NCBI GenBank assembly: GCA_049518835.1
Contig: JBEKRJ010000001.1
Coordinates: forward strand, 1 to 42,643
Direction of reading: 5' to 3'
DNA: 42,643 nucleotides
From: Solirubrobacteraceae bacterium
Lineage (GTDB): Bacteria; Actinomycetota; Thermoleophilia; Solirubrobacterales; Solirubrobacteraceae
Shown here: piece after piece, positions 35,909-42,643 of the stretch
How the letters are laid out: each line of letters starts with the position of its first letter
Position numbering within the stretch: the first letter of the stretch is position 1
Position numbers and translations under genes: made by a program
The notes under the pieces: model-generated
The model's input: only the letters and a program-made list of their open reading frames with translations
What the model was told of the DNA's origin: nothing
Databases searched by the model: none

Positions 35909-36668
35909 CGCGGTACAGCAGCTCCTCGACGATCAGCGCGAGCGCCACCGGAACCGTCGCCGGCAACTCGCTGACCGCTAGGAACAGAAGATCGAACACG
36001 GCCGCGATCGCCAGCGTCAGCAACGCGGCCCGCCACTGGCGCCGGCGGTCGTGCGCGAGCACCGCGCCGAGCAGGCCGGCGACGAACAGGTCGCCGTAGC
36101 CCATCGAGACGGTTCCGAACAGCTCGCTCTGCAGCTGCGGCAGGCCGCCCCCGGGCGCGGCGGCGATCAGCGTCGCGTTCGGCGCCTGCAGCAGGTCGGA
36201 CACGACCAGCCACGTGTCGGCGCCGGCCATCAGCACGATCCCGACCTTCAGCCAGCTCGGCGGCGTGACCGCCGCCAGCAGCACCCCGAGCGTGACGCAG
36301 CTGAGCGCCGACAGCAGCGCCGCGGCTGCCTCGCCAGCGAGCGACGTACGCGCGGCCCAGGCCAGCACGAACAGCCCGATCGCGGCCACGATCGCGACCG
36401 GCCTGGCTCCACGCGCCGCCCAGCCGAGCGCCGCCGCGGCCAGTGGCGGCACCGCGATCAGCGCCAGGTACGTGAGCCCGGTGGCCGTGTCGGACACGTA
36501 CCGGATCGCGAACACGACCAGCACGATCGACGCGATCGGGACCAGCGCCCAGCCACGGCCGCGCAGCCGAGCCGCAGCCGGGACTCGGCCCACGACGCGC
36601 GGCGAAGCGACGACGCCGGCCTGCAGTGCCAGCAGGCCGGCGTCGGATGGGATGAACGCGAGCGCCAC
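35850..36668 (-). CDS. 9-TM membrane protein, putative presenilin/SPP-like (GxGD) intramembrane aspartyl protease
   Basis: Asp151 in the 6th hydrophobic segment, GYGD193 at the start of the 7th, LPAT at the start of the 9th. Confidence 0.6.
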   Translation of the reverse strand: MALAFIPSDAGLLALQAGVVASPRVVGRVPAAARLRGRGWALVPIASIVLVVFAIRYVSDTATGLTYLALIAVPPLAAAALGWAARGARPVAIVAAIGLFVLAWAARTSLAGEAAAALLSALSCVTLGVLLAAVTPPSWLKVGIVLMAGADTWLVVSDLLQAPNATLIAAAPGGGLPQLQSELFGTVSMGYGDLFVAGLLGAVLAHDRRRQWRAALLTLAIAAVFDLLFLAVSELPATVPVALALIVEELLYRVSAARRRSMPAGATPQQAM

Positions 36669-36689
36669 CCCACCAGGGTACGGATGTCG

Positions 36690-38516
36690 CTAGGCGTGCA
36701 GCCTGGCGTCGAGCGCGTCGAGTTGCGCGTGCAGCTCGGCCGGCAGCTTGACGCCGAACTCGGCGTAGTGCTCGTGCATCTGCGGCAGCTGCTGCTTCCA
36801 GCCGTCGACGTCAACCGCGAGCAGCTGCTCCATCGTCGCGGCGCTGATGCCCAGCCCGCTGACGTCGATCCCGCCCTCGCCGGCCTCCGGCAGCAGCCCG
36901 ATCACGCTCTCGACCGCCTCGGCGCGGCCCTGGCAGCGGCGCACGATCCACTCCAGCACGCGCGAGTTCTCGCCGTAGCCGGGCCACATGAACTTCCCGT
37001 CGGCGTCCTTGCGGAACCAGTTGACGTAGAAGATCTTCGGCAGCCTCGCGCCCTCGTGGCGGCCGATCGCGAGCCAGTGGGCGAAGTAGTCAGCCATGTG
37101 GTAGCCGCAGAACGGCAGCATCGCCATCGGGTCCCAGCGCAGCCGCCCGACCCGGCCCGCCGCGGCCGCGGTCGTCTCCGAGGACATCACCGAGCCCAGG
37201 AACACACCGTGCTCCCAGTCGCGCGCCTCGTGGACGAGCGGCACCACCGTCGAGCGTCGGCCGCCGAACAGGATCGCCGAGATCGGCACGCCGTTCGGGT
37301 CCTCCCACTCGTCGGCGATCGACGGGCACTGCGACGCGGGCGTGCTGAAGCGGGCATTGGGGTGCGCCGCGGGCTTGTCGGACGCCGGCGTCCAGTCGTT
37401 GCCGCGCCAGTCGATCGCGTGCGCCGGCGGCTGCTCGGTCAGGCCCTCCCACCACACGTCACCGTCGTCGGTCAGCGCACAGTTGGTGAAGACCGAGTTG
37501 CTGGCGATCGTCGCGATCGCGTTGGGGTTGGTGATCGCGCCGGTGCCGGGCGCGACGCCGAAGAAACCGGCCTCCGGATTGACCGCGTACAGCTGGCCGT
37601 CGGGGCCGAACTTCATCCACGCGATGTCGTCGCCGATCGTCTCCACCTTCCAGTCGGGCAGCGCCGGAATCAGCATCGCGAGGTTGGTCTTGCCGCAGGC
37701 GCTCGGGAACGCCGCCGCCAGATACTTGACGTCACCGTCGGGCGAGGTCACCTTCAGGATCAGCATGTGCTCGGCCAGCCACCCCTCGTCGCGCGCCATC
37801 ACCGACGCGATCCGCAGCGCGAAGCACTTCTTGCCAAGCAGCGCGTTGCCGCCGTAGCCCGAGCCGAAGGACCAGATCTCGCGCGTCTCGGGGAAGTGGA
37901 CGATGTACTTGTTGTCGGCGTTGCACGGCCACGGCACGTCGGACATGCCGTCGGTCAGCGGCATCCCAACCGAGTGCAGGCAGGGGACGTAGTCGCCGTC
38001 CGCGCCCAGCACGTCGAGCGCGGGCTGACCCATCCTCGTCATCACCCGCATCGACGCGGCGACGTACGCGGAGTCGGTCAGCTGCACGCCGATGTAGGCG
38101 ATGTCAGAGCCCAGCGGGCCCATCGAGAACGGCACCACGTACATCGTGCGGCCGCGCATCGAGCCCTCGAACAGCTCCGTCAGCGCGAGCCGCATCTCCT
38201 TGGGCTCGCGCCAGTTGTTGGTCGGCCCGGCGTCGTCGGGGGTCTGCGAGCAGATGAACGTCCGGTCCTCGACCCGCGCGACGTCGTCGGGATCCGACAA
38301 CGCCAGATAGGAGTTGGGCCGCTTGGCATCCGAGAGCCGCTGGAACGTGCCGGCGTCGACGAGCGTCTGCGCCAGCCACTCGCTCTCCTCGGCGGACCCG
38401 TCGCACCAGTGGACTTCGTCGGGTTGCGTGAGCGCAGCGACGTCCTCCACCCATGCCTGCAGGCGCGCATGGGTCGTCGTTGCTTGGTCGCTCGGGGCCG
38501 TGTGAGCCATGTTCAT
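36690..38516 (-). CDS. pckG: phosphoenolpyruvate carboxykinase (GTP)
   Basis: [39 protein letters not shown]; AAGGAG RBS (start 38510 or 38516). Confidence 0.97.
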   Translation of the reverse strand: MNMAHTAPSDQATTTHARLQAWVEDVAALTQPDEVHWCDGSAEESEWLAQTLVDAGTFQRLSDAKRPNSYLALSDPDDVARVEDRTFICSQTPDDAGPTNNWREPKEMRLALTELFEGSMRGRTMYVVPFSMGPLGSDIAYIGVQLTDSAYVAASMRVMTRMGQPALDVLGADGDYVPCLHSVGMPLTDGMSDVPWPCNADNKYIVHFPETREIWSFGSGYGGNALLGKKCFALRIASVMARDEGWLAEHMLILKVTSPDGDVKYLAAAFPSACGKTNLAMLIPALPDWKVETIGDDIAWMKFGPDGQLYAVNPEAGFFGVAPGTGAITNPNAIATIASNSVFTNCALTDDGDVWWEGLTEQPPAHAIDWRGNDWTPASDKPAAHPNARFSTPASQCPSIADEWEDPNGVPISAILFGGRRSTVVPLVHEARDWEHGVFLGSVMSSETTAAAAGRVGRLRWDPMAMLPFCGYHMADYFAHWLAIGRHEGARLPKIFYVNWFRKDADGKFMWPGYGENSRVLEWIVRRCQGRAEAVESVIGLLPEAGEGGIDVSGLGISAATMEQLLAVDVDGWKQQLPQMHEHYAEFGVKLPAELHAQLDALDARLHA

Positions 38517-38614
38517 ACTCCTTTTATTTACGCAGGCGTAGCCAAGGGTATCTCGGAAAACCCCGAATCGGTCTGCGTATAACCACCTGATTGCGTCGGG
38601 CGCTGCTGATGGCG

Positions 38615-39160
38615 CTACTCGACGTTGGACTCGGCCCCGGCGAGCGTTCCGCCCGGCTCCTTGCGCGGCACCAGCACGAGGCGCTTGAACTCCGCCACCA
38701 GCACGCCGTCCTGGTTGAGCACGCGCGTGTGCACCCTGACCGTGCCCCGGTCGAGCTTGGACTGCGACGGCTTGACCTCGAGCACCTCGGACTCGCAGAA
38801 CAGGGTGTCGCCGTGAAACACCGGCGCGGGGTGCTTGAGCTCTTCGGTCGCGAGGTTCGCGATCGCCTTGCCGCTGACGTCCGAGACGCTCATCCCGAGC
38901 GCCAGCGAATACACCAGCGGCCCGACGACGACGTTGCGGCCCTGCTGGGACTGCTTGGCGTAGACGTCGTTGATGTGCAGCGGATGGTGGTTCATTGTCA
39001 GCAGGCAGAACAGGTGGTCGTCGCCTTCGGTGACGGTCTTCGCGGGCCAGTGCTTGTACACCGCCCCGACCTCGAACTCCTCAAGGTAACGGCCGTATGG
39101 ATGCGCGCCGCTGGCCTCGCGAGCGGCTTGCTCGGTCTCGACTCCAGTCACTCCGGTCAC
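38615..39160 (-). CDS. MaoC-family dehydratase, probable beta-methylmalyl-CoA dehydratase (mesaconyl-CoA hydratase)
   Basis: [48 protein letters not shown]; divergent from the malyl-CoA lyase gene. Confidence 0.8.
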   Translation of the reverse strand: MTGVTGVETEQAAREASGAHPYGRYLEEFEVGAVYKHWPAKTVTEGDDHLFCLLTMNHHPLHINDVYAKQSQQGRNVVVGPLVYSLALGMSVSDVSGKAIANLATEELKHPAPVFHGDTLFCESEVLEVKPSQSKLDRGTVRVHTRVLNQDGVLVAEFKRLVLVPRKEPGGTLAGAESNVE

Positions 39161-39329
39161 GTCTGTCTCCTGGTCTGGTGCTTTGTGGTGGCGCCTTTGA
39201 GAATGCCACGGCGTGGCCGCCGCGCGCGGCCGGGTCCACCGGCTGGCAGCGCAGCAGCAATCAGCAGCCGCGCTCGCGCGGCCTCCATCGCGCTAGTTTT
39301 CATCACTAACCGAACAGGAGAACTTAGTC

Positions 39330-40394
39330 GTGCGAAATCCCCGCGTCTTTGGCCAACCACTTGCGATCGGCGCCCCGATGCCACTGCTGGAGGTGCCGTT
39401 CAAGCCCTCCCGGATGATCCATTTCTTCGATCCCAGCAACGCGAAGATGGCGGCCAAGCTTCCCGACCTGGCAGCCCAGTCCGACATCCTGCTGGGCAAC
39501 CTCGAGGACGCCGTGCCGGTCGACCGCAAGATCCCGGCGCGCGAGGGACTGGTCCGGATGGCGAAGGCGACCGACTTCGGCGACACCGCGCTGTGGACGC
39601 GAGTCAACGCGCTCGAGTCGCCGTGGGTGCTGGACGACCTGACGACGCTCGTCCGCGAGATCGGCGACAAGCTCGATGTCGTGATGGTGCCGAAGGTCGA
39701 GGGAGCGTGGGACATCCACTACGTCGACCGGCTGCTGGCGCAACTCGAGGCGAAGGCGGGACTCGAGCGGCCGATCCTCGTGCACGCGATCCTCGAGACG
39801 AGCCTCGGGGTCGTCAACCTCGAGGAGATCGCGACCGCCAGCCCGCGGATGCAGGGGATGAGCCTCGGCCCCGCGGATCTCGCCGCGTCGCGGCGGATGA
39901 AGACGACGCGGATCGGCGGCGGTCACCCCGGCTACCGCGTGATCGGGGACCCCGATCCCGACGACCCCGCGGCGCCGCGGGTGGGCGCCCAGCAGGACCT
40001 GTGGCATTACTCGATCGCCCGGATGGTCGACGCGTGTACGTCGGCCGGGATCCTGCCGTTCTACGGCCCGTTCGGAGACATCCGCGACTCCGAGGGCTGC
40101 GAGGCGCAGTTCCGCGCGGCATTCCTGCTCGGCTGCGTCGGCGCGTGGTCGCTGCACCCGGCCCAGCTGGCGATCGCCAAGCGCGTGTTCAGCCCCGATC
40201 CCGATGAGGTGGCGTTCGCCAAGAAGGTGCTCGAGGCGATCCCCGACGGCCGCGGCGTGCACATGATCGACGGCAAGATGCAGGACGACGCGAGCTGGAA
40301 GCAGTGCAAGGTGATGGTCTCGCTGGCCGAGATGCTCGCGCACAAGGACCCCGAGCTCGCGGCGGCGTACGGGCTCGAGCCAGCGGCCGCTTAG
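39330..40394 (+). CDS. mcl: malyl-CoA/beta-methylmalyl-CoA lyase (CitE/HpcH superfamily)
   Basis: [52 protein letters not shown]; AGGAG RBS. Confidence 0.82.
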   Translation: MRNPRVFGQPLAIGAPMPLLEVPFKPSRMIHFFDPSNAKMAAKLPDLAAQSDILLGNLEDAVPVDRKIPAREGLVRMAKATDFGDTALWTRVNALESPWVLDDLTTLVREIGDKLDVVMVPKVEGAWDIHYVDRLLAQLEAKAGLERPILVHAILETSLGVVNLEEIATASPRMQGMSLGPADLAASRRMKTTRIGGGHPGYRVIGDPDPDDPAAPRVGAQQDLWHYSIARMVDACTSAGILPFYGPFGDIRDSEGCEAQFRAAFLLGCVGAWSLHPAQLAIAKRVFSPDPDEVAFAKKVLEAIPDGRGVHMIDGKMQDDASWKQCKVMVSLAEMLAHKDPELAAAYGLEPAAA

Positions 40395-40402
40395 GCCCCC
40401 GA

Positions 40403-40861
40403 ATGCGGATCTCCGCGAAGGCCGATTATGCGGTCCGCGCCGCGGTCGAGCTGGCGGCGTCGACCGACGACAAGCCGGTCAAGGCAGAACGGATCGCCAC
40501 CGCCCAGGGGATCCCGCTCAACTTCCTCGAGAACATCCTCGGTGAGCTGCGCCACGCCGGCATCGTGCGCAGCCACCGGGGCGCCGAGGGCGGCTTCAGG
40601 CTCGCCAAGCCCTCCGATCAGGTGAGCGTCGCCGACATCATCCGCGCGGTCGAGGGCCCGCTCGCGAGCGTCCGCGGGGGGCCACCCGAGGAGGCCTCCT
40701 ACCCCGGCCCGGCCGAGGCGCTGCTGCGCGTGTGGATCGCCGTGCGCGCGAACCTGCGCAAGGTCGCCGAGCGCGTGACGGTCGCCGACATCGCCGCGGG
40801 GAAGCTGCCCAGCGATATCGACAAGCTCGCCGAGGACCCGGAGGCGTGGGTCACGCGGTGA
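40403..40861 (+). CDS. Rrf2-family transcriptional regulator lacking Cys ligands
   Basis: [37 protein letters not shown]. Confidence 0.92.
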   Translation: MRISAKADYAVRAAVELAASTDDKPVKAERIATAQGIPLNFLENILGELRHAGIVRSHRGAEGGFRLAKPSDQVSVADIIRAVEGPLASVRGGPPEEASYPGPAEALLRVWIAVRANLRKVAERVTVADIAAGKLPSDIDKLAEDPEAWVTR

Positions 40862-41810
40862 GCGCCAGGGGGGCCGCCGGCGACTTGACGTACACGACGT
40901 CGCCGTGCTCGAGCTCGAGCTCGTCGGTCTGCGCTCTGGTCAGCTGAGCCCGCGCGAGCGTCCCGTCCGGCAGCTCGAGCTCGATCCGCACCTCGAATCC
41001 GAGGTGCACGACGCGTGACACCATCGCCTCGATCGCCTCCGGATCCGGGGCGAGGGACACCATCACGTCGTGCGGGCGCACGAGACGGCCGTCGATCTGG
41101 CTGACAGGGCCGAGGAACCCCATCACGAACTCGCTCGCGGGCTTGTCGTAGACCTCCAGCGGCGCCCCGACCTGCTCGACCCGGGCTGTGTTCATGACCG
41201 CGATCGTGTCGGCGACCTCCATCGCCTCCTCCTGGTCATGGGTGACCAGCACAGTCGTCACGTGCTGCTCGTCGTGCAGTCGCCGCAACCAGCGCCGCAG
41301 CTCGGCGCGCACGTTCGCATCCAGCGCGCCGAACGGCTCGTCGAGCAGCAGCACGCGCGGATGCACAGCCAGGGCGCGCGCCAGCGCCATCCGCTGGCGC
41401 TGGCCGCCCGACAGCTGATCGGGCCGCTGGCCGGACCACTTGGTGAGGCCGACAAGGGCCAGCAGCTCGTCGACGCGCTCGCGGATCTCGGCCTTCGGCC
41501 GCTTGCGGATCCGCAACCCGAACGCGACGTTCTCGCGCACGGTCATGTGCGCGAACGCGGCGTAGTGCTGGAACACGAAGCCGATGCAGCGCTCCTGCAC
41601 GCTGGCCGCAGTCACGTCCTTGCCGGCGATCATGATCGAGCCGGTGTCGGGCGTCTCGAGGCCGGCGATGATCCGCAGCAAGGTCGACTTGCCCGAGCCG
41701 CTCGGCCCCAGCAGGGCTGTGAGCGACCCTTCCGGGACGACCAGCGACACACCCTCGAGCGCGGTGAAGTCGCCGAAGCGCTTGGACACGCCTTGGACGT
41801 CGATTCTCAT
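40851..41810 (-). CDS. cysA: sulfate ABC transporter ATP-binding protein
   Basis: [37 protein letters not shown]-terminal TOBE-like region. Confidence 0.92.
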   Translation of the reverse strand: MRIDVQGVSKRFGDFTALEGVSLVVPEGSLTALLGPSGSGKSTLLRIIAGLETPDTGSIMIAGKDVTAASVQERCIGFVFQHYAAFAHMTVRENVAFGLRIRKRPKAEIRERVDELLALVGLTKWSGQRPDQLSGGQRQRMALARALAVHPRVLLLDEPFGALDANVRAELRRWLRRLHDEQHVTTVLVTHDQEEAMEVADTIAVMNTARVEQVGAPLEVYDKPASEFVMGFLGPVSQIDGRLVRPHDVMVSLAPDPEAIEAMVSRVVHLGFEVRIELELPDGTLARAQLTRAQTDELELEHGDVVYVKSPAAPLALTA

Positions 41811-42628
41811 TGGCGTTCGCGTCTCCTTGGTCCGAGTAACGTCATCACGAGCAGCACCACGAGCGACATCACCGCCAGCTCGGTCGCGGCCGCGTACGCG
41901 CTGGTGATCGACTGCGAGCCGATCTGCGAGCTGCGCTGATAGACCAGCAGGGGCAGCGTCAGGGTCGAGCCGGCGACGTTCGAGGAAACGACCAAGACGG
42001 CACCGATCTCCCCCAGCGCGCGGGCCGTGGTCAGCACGACGCCGTACGCGACGCCCCACCGAATCGACGGCAGCGTCACGCGCCAGAACGTCTGCCAGCC
42101 CGACGCGCCGAGCGTCGCGGCGGCCTGCTCCTGGGAGTCGCCGACCTCGATCAGCACCGGCGCGACCTCACGCACGACGAACGGCAGCGAGACGAAGATC
42201 GTCGCGAGCACGATCCCGGGGACGGCGTAGATGATCCGGATCCCGTGGTCGACAAACCAGCTTCCAAACCAGCCGCCCTGGCCGTAGACCAGCAGCAACG
42301 CGAGCCCGACGATCACCGGCGAGACGAGGAACGGGAGGTCCAGGAACGCGTCGAGGACGCGACGGCCGCGCCCCTGGCCGCGCACGAGCACGAGCGCGGC
42401 GCCGACGCCGAAGATCGTGTTCAGCGGCACCGCGATCACGGCCACGAGCACCGTCAGCCAGAACGCGCTGACCGCCGCGGGCGTCGTCATCCAGCCCCAC
42501 GCGACCCCGAGTCCGTGCTCGAACGTGCGCGCAAACACGACCGCCAGCGGCAACAGCAGCAGCAGCGTCAGGTACGCGAGCGCCAGCGCCCGCAGCGACA
42601 GCGTCGTGCGCCGGCTAATGCGCAACAC
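41807..42628 (-). CDS. cysW: sulfate ABC transporter permease
   Basis: [57 protein letters not shown]. Confidence 0.9.
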   Translation of the reverse strand: MLRISRRTTLSLRALALAYLTLLLLLPLAVVFARTFEHGLGVAWGWMTTPAAVSAFWLTVLVAVIAVPLNTIFGVGAALVLVRGQGRGRRVLDAFLDLPFLVSPVIVGLALLLVYGQGGWFGSWFVDHGIRIIYAVPGIVLATIFVSLPFVVREVAPVLIEVGDSQEQAAATLGASGWQTFWRVTLPSIRWGVAYGVVLTTARALGEIGAVLVVSSNVAGSTLTLPLLVYQRSSQIGSQSITSAYAAATELAVMSLVVLLVMTLLGPRRRERQ

Positions 42629-42643
42629 GACCCCCGACCCGGC

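Noticed and set aside
36051-38582. 843-aa plus-strand ORF and many similar Arg/Ala/Pro-rich ORFs
   Set aside because: Antisense or off-frame shadows of clear genes, expected at high GC
39330-40394. Autotrophic 3-hydroxypropionate bicycle inferred from the Chloroflexus-like lyase
   Set aside because: No malonyl-CoA reductase or propionyl-CoA synthase in the window; ccr and ecm point to the ethylmalonyl-CoA pathway

Overview
Very GC-rich, gene-dense chromosomal window. Gene content and style suggest an actinobacterium, probably Thermoleophilia/Solirubrobacterales (inference). About 44 genes and no rRNA, tRNA, CRISPR, transposase or prophage. Left to right: a type II fatty-acid synthase operon (partial fabF, ACP, fabG, fabH) divergent from acyl-ACP thioesterase, SDR, acyl-CoA ligase and a degenerate ABC1/UbiB kinase; a lipase; a cytoplasmic GAF kinase/LuxR pair; bifunctional FO synthase fbiC; an orphan NMT1/THI5 binding lipoprotein; a DtxR/MntR + atypical NRAMP operon; ygfZ; a DEDDh-UvrC fusion; MarR-MFS; dispersed ethylmalonyl-CoA pathway genes (ccr, ecm/meaA, meaB, MaoC hydratase, Chloroflexus-like malyl-CoA lyase, pckG); PucR/desaturase; clpS; DivIVA; moaA/dipZ/mobA; Rrf2; sulfate ABC cysA/cysW. 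The most striking candidate novelty is a 9-TM membrane protein (35850-36668) with the presenilin/signal-peptide-peptidase motif layout (TM6 Asp, TM7 GYGD, TM9 LPA). Also notable: the lipid cluster with a possible shared operator, two intergenic foldback elements, many leaderless promoters and several short tandem duplications. All family calls are from motif recognition by eye; no database search was run.
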